In this document: in pieces, positions 1-8,064 of the stretch
Numbering within the stretch: the first letter of the stretch is position 1
How the letters are laid out: each line of letters opens with the position of its first letter
DNA from: an uncultured Gammaproteobacteria bacterium
GTDB taxonomy: Bacteria; Patescibacteriota; Patescibacteriia; CAYHOC01
NCBI GenBank assembly: GCA_964358135.1
Contig: CAYHOC010000001.1
Coordinates: 1-41,168 of the forward strand
Length of the DNA: 41,168 nucleotides
Direction of reading: 5' to 3'
Position numbers and translations under genes: made by a program
The notes under the pieces: generated by a model
What the model was told of the DNA's origin: nothing
What the model saw: only the letters and a program-made list of their open reading frames with translations
Database searches by the model: none

Positions 1-234
1 TTTGCCGAAGTTAATCTTGAGCTTCCTCATCGCCTGCTTCGCGCGACGGCAGATTCCGAAGATTTATATAAGGCAATTGATCTGGTAAGAAAAGAGATGG
101 AGCGCGAAATCCTCAAATTCACCGGCGCCTTTAAGGATACGCGCCGTGCGGCCGAAGGAGTCGCCAAGCAACTAAAAAATTTTTCACCGTTGGCTTTAAG
201 CATAAAAGATTTGCCAAAAAGGAAGAAAAAGTAA
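1..234 (+). CDS. hpf: Ribosome hibernation promoting factor / RaiA (S30AE) family, C-terminal part; 5' end lies outside the window
   Basis: Frame 1 is open from base 1 to TAA 232-234. The translation ...ATADSEDLYKAIDLVRKEMEREILKF matches the conserved DMYxAID..l..l.rQl segment of HPF/YfiA proteins. Confidence 0.6.
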   Translation, partial: FAEVNLELPHRLLRATADSEDLYKAIDLVRKEMEREILKFTGAFKDTRRAAEGVAKQLKNFSPLALSIKDLPKRKKK

Positions 235-309
235 TTCTGATTTCACGAACCGGTGAACTTGCAATATAAAATCTTTATGCTAAAATCTAAAATAGACAGG
301 AGGGAAAAA

Positions 310-717
310 ATGAGCGTGGAGTTCTTTTTTGAATTGGCAGGCAAGGGCGGGGGCTGCGGTCTTTGCGCTCTTAACACCATCCTGACGATGTTCGGCAAAC
401 GAGGAGTGATTTTTCCGTTCTCGTCTGAAAAAGGAATTTCTCCCAAGAGGATTCTTCGTGAATTGCGCAGGACGGGCTTGATTGCCGAGCCAAAAACAAT
501 CAGCATCCGTAATCTTAGGCGTCATTCAATCCTTTGGTATCCGCTTCCGCGAGACCACTATGTCGTAGTTAGAAAAATTGCGAATGGCAAGGCGTTAATT
601 TACGACAGCGAAAAAAATAGACCATATTGGTGTCGGCTATCCATCCTAAAAAAGAAATGGTATAGATGGCATAAAGGCAGATGGTGCGGATGGGTGATTG
701 AGGTCAAAAAGAAGTAA
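310..717 (+). CDS. Stand-alone papain-fold (C39-like) cysteine peptidase domain protein
   Basis: AGGAGG lies 8 nt upstream of ATG 310, so I prefer this to the track start at 253. GGGCGLCALNTIL resembles the catalytic Cys motif and DHYVVV the His motif of C39 bacteriocin-processing peptidase domains. A terminator follows. Confidence 0.5.
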   Translation: MSVEFFFELAGKGGGCGLCALNTILTMFGKRGVIFPFSSEKGISPKRILRELRRTGLIAEPKTISIRNLRRHSILWYPLPRDHYVVVRKIANGKALIYDSEKNRPYWCRLSILKKKWYRWHKGRWCGWVIEVKKK

Positions 718-734
718 GTCGCGCGCCAGAGTTA

Positions 735-768
735 CGGGCGAGGGATTAAAACCCCTCGCCGTTTTTTA
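735..768 (+). terminator. Intrinsic terminator downstream of the peptidase gene
   Basis: GGCGAGGG (737-744) pairs with CCCTCGCC (753-760), followed by a T6 run at 762-767. Confidence 0.7.
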
Positions 769-784
769 TAAAAAATTTTGATAT

Positions 785-839
785 CCTCTCCCAGCCCTCG
801 CATTCCTCGCTCGGATTGCGAGTATCGGGGCGTCTCTAC
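785..839. repeat. GC-rich hairpin unit fused to a half copy of the GTAGAGACGC hairpin family
   Basis: The unit is cccagccctcgcattcc-tcgctc-ggattgcgag. The following atcggggcgtctctac (824-839) equals the right half of the copy at 31652-31687. Confidence 0.6.
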
Positions 840-853
840 TTATTTCTAAATAA

Positions 854-901
854 CTTCATTCAATCAAAACACGGCGTAGGCAAGGTTTTGATTGAATGAA
901 G
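854..901. repeat. Perfect 17-bp inverted repeat (hairpin)
   Basis: cttcattcaatcaaaac (854-870) and gttttgattgaatgaag (885-901) are exact reverse complements, separated by a 14-nt loop. Confidence 0.85.
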
Positions 902-925
902 CATGGGTGCTGATATTATTTTTTT

Positions 926-961
926 ATCTTGTATTTGATGTTATAGCATCAAATACAAGAT
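926..961. repeat. Perfect 15-bp inverted repeat (hairpin)
   Basis: atcttgtatttgatg (926-940) and catcaaatacaagat (947-961) are exact reverse complements, separated by a 6-nt loop. Confidence 0.85.
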
Positions 962-990
962 TGGGGGTAAAAGTCGAGTTTTGTTTTTCC

Positions 991-1031
991 AAAAAAAAGA
1001 AGCCGGCTCAATCCCGAAGGATCAAACCGGC
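991..1031 (-). terminator. Intrinsic terminator of the large ncRNA
   Basis: On the minus strand, GCCGGTTTGATCC-TTCG-GGATTGAGCCGGC (1031-1002) is followed by CT and a T8 run (998-991). Confidence 0.8.
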
Positions 1032-1712
1032 CGCCTGCGTGTCCGACCACCGTTGCGGGACAGTGGAGTGGAACGCAAGTTGTGTTCCTCACGGCACGCG
1101 ACGAATCGCGCGCCATGTGAGAGTGTGTCGACCGGTGTGTCTATCCTGGCTACACGACCGGTCCTAAATAACTGGTTTCGAAGGAGGGCAGGTCCCGCTG
1201 CCACGCTTTGTCCTTTCGAACCACCTTCAACGCCCGCGTCAGGAGGCGGTGATGGAAACTACGGACGACATTCGGGGTCGTCCAGCCCGGGCCGCGATGC
1301 CAGCGGCTCCCTTTTGGCTTGTCCCACGGTACTTAACACGCTTACGCATGTTAAGGTTGTCAGGATCACCGACCCACCGCTCTATGCGTGTGGAGACCGT
1401 GGCGCGTCTTAAAGGGAGCGGGATCGGCAGACATTTCGGTCCGCCGGAAATCTTCACGTCCCGATTACTTGGGACGAGAGTTTGAAAAAACTTTACCCCT
1501 TCAGACCGTAGCCAGGCGCCTGTTTGGCGCTTAACTGGCTCGTGTCCGGACCCCTCGGAATAACCAAGGATGGTTTACTGCAGTCCACTGCGTGTCCCCG
1601 AACCTCGCGGTTCGGATTCTTTCACGCCTCGGTTTCCCGAGACGGGGTTGGAAAGAACCACCCAGGAGACCACCGAAGTGGTCTCCTGGGGTGCTACACT
1701 ATAGCACATTAT
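991..1712 (-). ncRNA. Large (~720 nt) highly structured non-coding RNA, family unassigned
   Basis: The block is GC-rich and has no credible ORF. It has its own promoter and terminator on the minus strand. Many helices are capped by GNRA or UUCG tetraloops only when read on the minus strand (1661-1690, 1625-1644, 1597-1616, 1332-1355, 1093-1114). Confidence 0.7.
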
Positions 1713-1718
1713 GATTGC

Positions 1719-1747
1719 AGTATATCACATTTCGCAAAGTTTGTCAA
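1719..1747 (-). promoter_or_regulatory. Sigma70-type promoter of the large ncRNA
   Basis: On the minus strand, TTGACA (1747-1742) is followed by an exact 17-nt spacer and TGaTATACT (extended -10, hexamer 1724-1719). The predicted +1 is near A at 1712. Confidence 0.7.
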
Positions 1748-1809
1748 GTGCCGGTGGCGCAAAAATCGTGATATTTGGCTGTGTTCAGCAAAATATCATC
1801 TTTTCTTTT

Positions 1810-1838
1810 TTGACATTTTTGGAGGTTTGGAGTAGAAT
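1810..1838 (+). promoter_or_regulatory. Sigma70-type promoter for secA, divergent from the ncRNA promoter
   Basis: TTGACA (1810-1815), a 17-nt spacer, then TAGAAT (1833-1838). Confidence 0.6.
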
Positions 1839-1858
1839 TGAAACGAAATGTTTTATTT

Positions 1859-1956
1859 CCCTCCCTTGATAAGGGAGGGTGAGGGAGGGTCACTTTATTA
1901 AATATTTAATATAACAATGTGACCACCCCCAGCCCCTCCTTATCAAGGAGGGGAGG
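1859..1956. repeat. Paired GC-rich palindromic units (family A) in the secA 5' UTR
   Basis: The left arm ccctcccttgataagggagggtgagggagggtcac (1859-1893) and the right arm gtgaccacccccagcccctccttatcaaggagggg (1919-1953) are about 26/35 complementary. Each arm also contains its own 7-bp hairpin. Confidence 0.85.
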
Positions 1957-1965
1957 TATCGTTTT

Positions 1966-4719
1966 ATGTCCTTCTTCTCAAAAATCTTCGGCGATCCGAA
2001 CGCGCGGGTTATCAAAACATTGGAGCCCGTTGTTTTTAGGATTAACGAGCTGGAACCGGAGTATCAAAAATTATCCGATGTGGAATTAAAGTTGAAGACC
2101 TTGGAATTCAAAGAGCGTCTAAAAAAAGGTGAAACGGTTGATAATATTTTACCGGACGCTTTTGCCGCCTGCCGCGAGGCCGCGTCGCGCACGCTTCACC
2201 AGCGCCATTTTGATGTTCAGCTGATGGGCGGGATGGTTTTGCATCGCGGACAAATTGCCGAAATGCGCACCGGCGAGGGTAAGACCTTAACTGCCACCCT
2301 CGCGGTGTATCTTAACGCTTTGGAAGGCAAGGGCGCGCATGTGATTACCGTCAACGATTATCTCTCCCGCCGCGACGCCACCTGGATGGGGCAAATCTAT
2401 TACGCCTTGGGTCTTTCGGTTTCCTGCGTCAATCATCAAACCGCTTTTATTTACGACCCGGCTTACACCAAAAAAGAGGAGGAAAAAAATGCCGAAGGTA
2501 GTGAGGTAGATAAATCGCGCGATACCTTGGGCGTCTTCAAGATTGAATATTCGTATCTCCGGCCTGTCCAGCGTCGCGAAGCGTATGAGGCGGACATCAC
2601 TTATGGCACCAATAACGAGTTCGGTTTTGATTATCTCCGCGACAATATGGCGCCGAATCTTGAACAAAAAGTCCAGCGGCCGCTTAATTTCGCGATTGTT
2701 GACGAGGTGGATTCAATTTTAATTGACGAGGCGCGCACCCCGCTGATTATTTCCGCGCCGGCCGAGGAATCAACCGATTTATATTACAAATTCGCGGACT
2801 TGGTAAAACGCCTCAGGGAAGGCGAGGATTATAATGTGGATTTAAAAATGCGCGCCGCGACTTTATCCGAAGGCGGTATTTCCAGAATGGAAAAATTTTT
2901 GGGCGTAGCCAATATCTACGAAGCCGGCGGCGTAAAAATGGCGCATCACATTGACCAGGCGCTAAAAGCCCGCGCCCTTTTTGTCCGTGATAAGGATTAT
3001 GTGGTGAAAGACGGCGAAGTGATAATCGTTGACGAGTTCACCGGCCGGATGATGTTCGGCCGCCGCTACAGCGAAGGTTTGCACCAGGCAATTGAAGCCA
3101 AAGAAGGCGTGAAAATCCAGCGCGAATCGGAAACTTTAGCAACCGTCACTTTTCAAAATTATTTTCGGCTTTACAAAAAATTGGCCGGAATGACCGGCAC
3201 CGCCGCGACCGAAGCCGAGGAATTCTCAAAAATTTACAATCTGGAAGTCGTGGAGGTTCCTACTAATAAGTTGATGGTTCGTGAGGATTTGGTGGACAGA
3301 ATTTATAAATCCGAACACGGCAAGTGGATGGCGGTGGTGAAGGAGATTAAAGAACGCCACGGCAAAGGCCAGCCGCTTTTGGTTGGCACGATTTCCATTG
3401 AGCGAAATGAATTTCTATCCAATCTGTTGGAGCGCGAGGGCGTGCCGCATAAACTTTTGAACGCTAAAAATCACGAGAAAGAAGCGGAAACCATCGCCCA
3501 GGCCGGCCGCGTCGGCGCCGTCACCATTGCCACCAATATGGCCGGCCGCGGCGTTGATATTATCTTTGGGGGAAATCCGGTCAATCCGGAAGAGGCGGCC
3601 AAAGTCCGCGAACTCGGCGGCCTCCATGTTATCGGTACCGAGCGCCACGAGTCGCGCCGCATTGACAATCAGCTCCGCGGCCGCGCCGGCCGTCAAGGCG
3701 ACCCGGGCTCAACGCAGTTTTATGTTTCCATGCAGGACGACCTGATGAAAATTTTTGCCTCGGATACGGTGCGCTCGCTGATGGACCGTCTGGGTTTGCC
3801 GGAGGATATGCCGATTGAAAATTCATTGGTTTCAAAATCTTTGGAATCGGCGCAGAAAAAAGTTGAGGGCCACAACTTTGATATCCGCAAACATTTGCTT
3901 GAGTACGACGATGTATTAAACAAGCATCGCGAGGTTATCTACAAAAAGCGCGATGATATTTTGGGCATTACCGAAAAGGGGAGTTTGCGGGATGAAATCT
4001 TAAAATTAGTTGAGCAGGAAATTGAGCAGATTGTTTTATTCCACACTTCTAATCCAAACGAGCTGGAATGGAATGTTGAAGAAATCTACGAGAGCGTCGG
4101 AACGATTTTTCCGATCAAAACCGAATCGCGGATTAAGATGGATGATCTCCGCCATCATGCCGGCGATAAATTGCAGGATATTTCCGCGCGCACCGGCATC
4201 ATTGAATATCTGGTCGGGCTCGCCAATACCGCCGGCGACGAATTTGAACGCCGGATTGAAAATGCCGCACCCGAAGGTTTGGACGCGAGAAAGTTTATTG
4301 CCGAAGTGCAAAAAAATGTAATGCTGCACGCGATTGATGCGATTTGGGTTGAGCATCTGGAGGCGATGGATCACTTAAAGCAGGGGATTGGGCTCCGCGG
4401 TTATGGCCAGCGCGATCCGCTGGTGGAGTACAAGCGGGAGGCGTTTAGGATGTTTCAGGAACTGATTGCTTACATCAACAAACAAGTCGTTTATAATATC
4501 TTCAAAATCGGCATCTCCACCGAGCCGAACCGTTCGCTCGTCAACCGCCGCGGCATTCAATTTTCCGCTCCTGCCAAAGAAGGGGATGCGCGATTTTCCT
4601 CCCCTTCAGAAGGGGGAGCGAGAGGGGGTCAACCCGCCGAAGCTTCAGCCAAGGTTGGCCGCAATGACCCATGCCCATGCGGTTCGGGGAAAAAATACAA
4701 AAAGTGCCATGGGGCGTAA
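1966..4719 (+). CDS. secA: Preprotein translocase ATPase SecA
   Basis: 917 aa. It has the MRTGEGKTL Walker [19 protein letters not shown], and the C-terminal zinc motif [19 protein letters not shown] lies 9 nt upstream of the ATG. Confidence 0.97.
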   Translation: MSFFSKIFGDPNARVIKTLEPVVFRINELEPEYQKLSDVELKLKTLEFKERLKKGETVDNILPDAFAACREAASRTLHQRHFDVQLMGGMVLHRGQIAEMRTGEGKTLTATLAVYLNALEGKGAHVITVNDYLSRRDATWMGQIYYALGLSVSCVNHQTAFIYDPAYTKKEEEKNAEGSEVDKSRDTLGVFKIEYSYLRPVQRREAYEADITYGTNNEFGFDYLRDNMAPNLEQKVQRPLNFAIVDEVDSILIDEARTPLIISAPAEESTDLYYKFADLVKRLREGEDYNVDLKMRAATLSEGGISRMEKFLGVANIYEAGGVKMAHHIDQALKARALFVRDKDYVVKDGEVIIVDEFTGRMMFGRRYSEGLHQAIEAKEGVKIQRESETLATVTFQNYFRLYKKLAGMTGTAATEAEEFSKIYNLEVVEVPTNKLMVREDLVDRIYKSEHGKWMAVVKEIKERHGKGQPLLVGTISIERNEFLSNLLEREGVPHKLLNAKNHEKEAETIAQAGRVGAVTIATNMAGRGVDIIFGGNPVNPEEAAKVRELGGLHVIGTERHESRRIDNQLRGRAGRQGDPGSTQFYVSMQDDLMKIFASDTVRSLMDRLGLPEDMPIENSLVSKSLESAQKKVEGHNFDIRKHLLEYDDVLNKHREVIYKKRDDILGITEKGSLRDEILKLVEQEIEQIVLFHTSNPNELEWNVEEIYESVGTIFPIKTESRIKMDDLRHHAGDKLQDISARTGIIEYLVGLANTAGDEFERRIENAAPEGLDARKFIAEVQKNVMLHAIDAIWVEHLEAMDHLKQGIGLRGYGQRDPLVEYKREAFRMFQELIAYINKQVVYNIFKIGISTEPNRSLVNRRGIQFSAPAKEGDARFSSPSEGGARGGQPAEASAKVGRNDPCPCGSGKKYKKCHGA
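4598..4630. repeat. Family A repeat unit inserted in frame in the secA C-terminal linker
   Basis: cctccccttcagaagggggagcgagagggggtc encodes [12 protein letters not shown]. It is the same unit as at 5682-5714. Confidence 0.8.
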
Positions 4720-4723
4720 TAAT

Positions 4724-4750
4724 AAAAAAGACCCAAGAAATTTTGGGTCT
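4724..4750 (-). terminator. Intrinsic terminator of the small minus-strand ORF; the hairpin is also immediately 3' of secA
   Basis: AGACCCA (4729-4735) pairs with TGGGTCT (4744-4750), and a T run follows on the minus strand (4724-4729). The hairpin overlaps the TAG stop of the small ORF. Confidence 0.7.
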
Positions 4751-4928
4751 ATCGACAGTCCGCGGTGAAATTAATGCCACAATTTGGACAATGAAAGAAG
4801 GGAAAATTTCCATCGTATTCGGGATCAGTTTGGTAAGCATCAGTATGTTCCCAATATTCGTTTTCTTTTATCGGGGGAACAAATGGATGTTCCTTGTTAC
4901 AGATATTTTTGATTTTTTCAGGTTCCAT
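4749..4928 (-). CDS. Small hypothetical protein (59 aa) with an HCPNCG half zinc-ribbon
   Basis: AAGGAGG (4940-4934) lies 5 nt upstream of the ATG at 4928, which is codon 7 of the track ORF. A terminator overlaps the stop codon. Confidence 0.55.
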   Translation of the reverse strand: MEPEKIKNICNKEHPFVPPIKENEYWEHTDAYQTDPEYDGNFPFFHCPNCGINFTADCR

Positions 4929-5077
4929 TAAATCCTCCTTCCCCATAAAGTGCTATTGTTATGATACTATCTAAGAAAAATTAACGCAAGACTGCCGCAT
5001 TGAGCCAGATGTTAATCATCAAGAAAAAAATTTGGCCGGAGGAACAAATTAAAGAAATTTGACAAAGTAAAACTTGG

Positions 5078-5123
5078 GGAGGTCGGGTCTCCCATAGTCT
5101 AAACTTTTGGAGACCGGACCTCC
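5078..5123. repeat. 15-bp (14/15) inverted repeat just upstream of thpR
   Basis: ggaggtcgggtctcc (5078-5092) pairs with ggagaccggacctcc (5109-5123). The second arm ends 11 nt before the ATG at 5135. Confidence 0.75.
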
Positions 5124-5134
5124 AATAGTTCAAT

Positions 5135-5677
5135 ATGCGCGCGTTTATTGCAATCAATCTACCGCAGGAAATTAAGGATTCGCTTGAGACGACAATCAAG
5201 GGTCTTGATAAGATTAATCGCGGGACAAAAATCAATTGGACTAAACCGGAAAATTTACATTTAACTCTTCATTTTTTGGATGAAATTGATGAAAATCAAG
5301 CGCAGATTGTCAGCGCCGAGTTGGAAAAAATCGCCGGCGAATATCAAAAAATTCAAATGTCGCTCGGATCAATCGGCGCTTTTCCCGATGTAAAAAATCC
5401 AAGGGTGATTTTTATTGGCGTTCAAAGCAATCATAGTCGAATCATCGAAAAAATCCAAAAGAAAATCGGATATGAATTGAAACGGCTTGGATTTAAGATT
5501 GACTTGCGGCCTTATGAGGCGCATGTCACCCTGGGGCGAGTAAAAGCAGGTTCGGTAAAACTTGATTTAGAGGCCTCCGCTGGTAAATTTGAAGTTGACA
5601 GCATTGAGCTTATGAAAAGCACACTCACCCCATCTGGTCCGATTTACGAAGTGATTAAAAGTTTTGAATTTAGATAA
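5135..5677 (+). CDS. thpR: RNA 2',3'-cyclic phosphodiesterase (2'-5' RNA ligase / LigT family)
   Basis: 180 aa with the two H-x-T-x motifs of the 2H phosphoesterase fold (HLTLHFL and HVTLGR). Confidence 0.9.
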   Translation: MRAFIAINLPQEIKDSLETTIKGLDKINRGTKINWTKPENLHLTLHFLDEIDENQAQIVSAELEKIAGEYQKIQMSLGSIGAFPDVKNPRVIFIGVQSNHSRIIEKIQKKIGYELKRLGFKIDLRPYEAHVTLGRVKAGSVKLDLEASAGKFEVDSIELMKSTLTPSGPIYEVIKSFEFR

Positions 5678-5681
5678 GTAT

Positions 5682-5763
5682 CCTCCCCTTTAGAAGGGGA
5701 GGCGAGGAGGGGTCTGTGTTGGTCTTTTTTGACCTCCCCACGCCCCTCCTTCTGAAGGAGGGG
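5682..5763. repeat. Paired family A GC-rich palindromic units between thpR and the GT26 gene
   Basis: The arms are cctcccctttagaaggggaggcgaggaggggtc (5682-5714) and gacctccccacgcccctccttctgaaggagggg (5731-5763). The right arm carries the SD GGAGGGG 2 nt before ATG 5766. Confidence 0.85.
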
Positions 5764-5765
5764 AT

Positions 5766-6503
5766 ATGAAAGTAGAAATCCTCGGCGTAAAAATTAATAA
5801 TGAGAATACCTCGCAAATCACTGCCGGGATTATTGAACGCATTCGCCAAAAACAAAACACCTTCATCGCCACGCCGAATCCGGAAATGCTGGTTTTGGCG
5901 CGCCGGAACAATCAATTCAAAAATATCCTGAACGCCGCCGATATTGCGATTCCCGACGGCTTTGGATTAATCTTGGCGGCAAAATTCTTACATCTGCCGC
6001 TCAAAGAAAAAGTTTCCGGCGCTGATTTGGTAGAGAAGGTAATCAAAGAATGCGGCGATGAATTGCGAATCTTTCTTCTAGGCGCCGAACCGGGGGTGGG
6101 GGAGAGGGCGGGGGAATACTTAAAACGATTGAATCCGGCGGCGCAGATTGTCGGGATTGAAAGCGGAGGAAAATTAAATGCGGACTTTAGATTTCAAAAT
6201 GAAGAATCTATTATACAAAAAATAAAAGAGAGCAGCGCGAACTTATTATTAATCGCCTTTGGACAAGTTAAGCAGGAAATCTGGATTTATCGCAATCTTC
6301 AAAATCTTCAAGGCATAGCGGCTGTTGGCATTGGCGGGGCATTGGACTTTTACGCCGGTAAAGCTCGCCGCGCGCCAGATATTTTACGACGCCTCGGATT
6401 AGAATGGTTCTGGCGCTTGCTCTTGGAGCCAAAGAGAATCAGGCGTATAATTAATGCGGTGATTGTTTTTCCATACTTAGTTTTAAAATATGGCCGAAAA
6501 TAA
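5766..6503 (+). CDS. WecB/TagA/CpsF family (GT26) glycosyltransferase
   Basis: 245 aa. The pattern FIATPNPEMLV...ADIAIPDGFGL...LGAEPGV...DFYAGK..RAP is typical of TagA/WecG-type N-acetylmannosaminyltransferases. Confidence 0.85.
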   Translation: MKVEILGVKINNENTSQITAGIIERIRQKQNTFIATPNPEMLVLARRNNQFKNILNAADIAIPDGFGLILAAKFLHLPLKEKVSGADLVEKVIKECGDELRIFLLGAEPGVGERAGEYLKRLNPAAQIVGIESGGKLNADFRFQNEESIIQKIKESSANLLLIAFGQVKQEIWIYRNLQNLQGIAAVGIGGALDFYAGKARRAPDILRRLGLEWFWRLLLEPKRIRRIINAVIVFPYLVLKYGRK

Positions 6504-8016
6504 ACCAAAAGTCAGAGTTCGCTTTGCCCCGAGTCCAACGGGTTTTTTGCATATTGGCGGGCTGCGCACGGCGCTTTATAATTATCTTTTCGCCAAGCAC
6601 GAAGGCGGTGATTTTATTTTGCGCATTGAAGATACCGACCGCACCCGCTTCGTGGAGGGCGGAATAGAAAATATCATCCGAACGCTTAATTGGGCCGGTT
6701 TGGAATATGACGAGGGGCCATATCTGAAAGACGGTCAGATAGAACAAAAAGGCGGGTATGGGCCGTATATCCAATCGGAGCGGCTGACGATCTACAAAAA
6801 GTACGCGGCCGAGTTGGTAAAAAAAGATCGCGCGTATTATTGTTTTTGCGCGCCCGAGCGCCTGGAAGAAGTCCGCCATGAGCAAATGGCCAAAAAACAG
6901 CCGACAATGTATGACGGCCACTGCAAACGCCTTCCAAAACAAGAAATTGAGCGCCTTTTGTCCGAAGGTAAGCCCTGTGTTTTACGCCTTAATGTCCCGG
7001 ACGAGGGTGAAACAGTTTTTAACGACTTAATCCGCGGCGAAGTCCGCTTTAAAAATAAACTGATTGACGACCAGGTGCTCTTAAAATCCGACGGCCATCC
7101 CACTTATCATCTCGCCAATGTCGTTGACGACCATCTGATGAAAATCACGCATGTTATCCGCGCCGAAGAGTGGCTTTCATCAACGCCAAAGCATGTTTTA
7201 TTATACGAGGCCTTTGATTGGGCGTTGCCGCAATTTGCCCATCTTCCGCTGCTTCTGAATTCCGATCGCAGTAAACTGTCAAAACGGCAAGGAGATGTCG
7301 CGGCCGAAGATTACGCCAGAAAAGGATATTTGCGCGAGGCGCTCGTCAATTTTATCGCCCTTTTGGGATTTAATCCGAGCGCCAGCCAGGAGATTTACGG
7401 AATGGATGAGTTGATTGCCAAATTTGACCTTACCAAGGTAAATAAAACCGGCGCGGTATTTAATCCGGAGAAACTTGACTGGTTAAATGGTGAATATATC
7501 CGTCAGACGGAGGAGGATGTTTTTACGGGTATGTGCCTGCCGTATTTGGAATCCGCGAATTTAATTCTGCGGAAGGGAAAAAAGATTTTCGCCGCGGCGG
7601 CAAAAGCGGAAATCAAAAAAGAACAGTTAGCGGCTATTTTGAATTTATCAAAAGACCGTTTGGCCAAACTTGAAGATATTGTTTATGAGAGCAAATTCTT
7701 TTTTGAAGATAAATTGGACTTTCCGGCTGAAACATTGCTTTGGAAGGGGGCGGGCACAAAAAAAACCAAACAAATTATGGAGGCATCGGCGGTGTTTGTG
7801 AAGAAATTAGCGAAGAAAGATTTTACCAAAGAAATTCTTGAAGAAAAAATTATCGCCTACATAAAAGAGACAAAACAAAAAAACGGCGATGTTCTTTGGC
7901 CGATGCGCGTCGCGCTTTCCGGCCGCGCCAAGTCCCCCGGGCCGTTTGAAATCGCCGCGATTTTAGGCAAAGATGCGGTTTTGAAGCGCTTAGAAGATGC
8001 TGCGGAAAAACTTTAA
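6490..8016 (+). CDS. gltX: Glutamate--tRNA ligase
   Basis: 508 aa. The HIGH region is RFAPSPTGFLHIGG and the KMSKS-type motif is KLSKRQ. The start overlaps the upstream gene by 14 nt. Confidence 0.96.
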   Translation: MAENKPKVRVRFAPSPTGFLHIGGLRTALYNYLFAKHEGGDFILRIEDTDRTRFVEGGIENIIRTLNWAGLEYDEGPYLKDGQIEQKGGYGPYIQSERLTIYKKYAAELVKKDRAYYCFCAPERLEEVRHEQMAKKQPTMYDGHCKRLPKQEIERLLSEGKPCVLRLNVPDEGETVFNDLIRGEVRFKNKLIDDQVLLKSDGHPTYHLANVVDDHLMKITHVIRAEEWLSSTPKHVLLYEAFDWALPQFAHLPLLLNSDRSKLSKRQGDVAAEDYARKGYLREALVNFIALLGFNPSASQEIYGMDELIAKFDLTKVNKTGAVFNPEKLDWLNGEYIRQTEEDVFTGMCLPYLESANLILRKGKKIFAAAAKAEIKKEQLAAILNLSKDRLAKLEDIVYESKFFFEDKLDFPAETLLWKGAGTKKTKQIMEASAVFVKKLAKKDFTKEILEEKIIAYIKETKQKNGDVLWPMRVALSGRAKSPGPFEIAAILGKDAVLKRLEDAAEKL

Positions 8017-8019
8017 GTC

Positions 8020-8050
8020 AAAACCCCGCTTCGTTAAAGCGGGGTTTTTT
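8020..8050 (+). terminator. Intrinsic terminator after gltX
   Basis: AAAACCCCGC (8020-8029) pairs with GCGGGGTTTT (8039-8048), followed by a T run. Confidence 0.8.
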
Positions 8051-8064
8051 GATATAATGTGGGT

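Noticed and set aside
991-1712. Identification of the large RNA as RNase P RNA, tmRNA, SRP RNA, 6S RNA or an ORF-less group II intron.
   Set aside because: I could not find the universally conserved RNase P blocks (GGAAAGUCC, ACAGAA...GGCUUA), a tRNA-like CCA end or tag ORF, the SRP GGAAGCAGC motif, or GUGYG plus a domain V hairpin. The length does not fit the first four, and its own promoter and terminator argue against an intron. This was checked only by eye, so covariance-model scans are still needed.
892-1835. Seven overlapping track ORFs of 60-143 aa on both strands (for example 981-1412 +, 1239-1457 -, 1524-1835 +).
   Set aside because: They overlap one another in different frames. They have no SD or sensible starts and give Arg/Pro/Gly-rich translations typical of GC-rich non-coding DNA. 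The region is better explained by the structured RNA gene on the minus strand.
2287-4560. Antisense or out-of-frame ORFs inside secA. The same applies to those inside gltX, lysS, uvrD, nrdJ, metG and others.
   Set aside because: They are embedded in strongly supported conserved genes and show no signals of their own. They are typical shadow ORFs.
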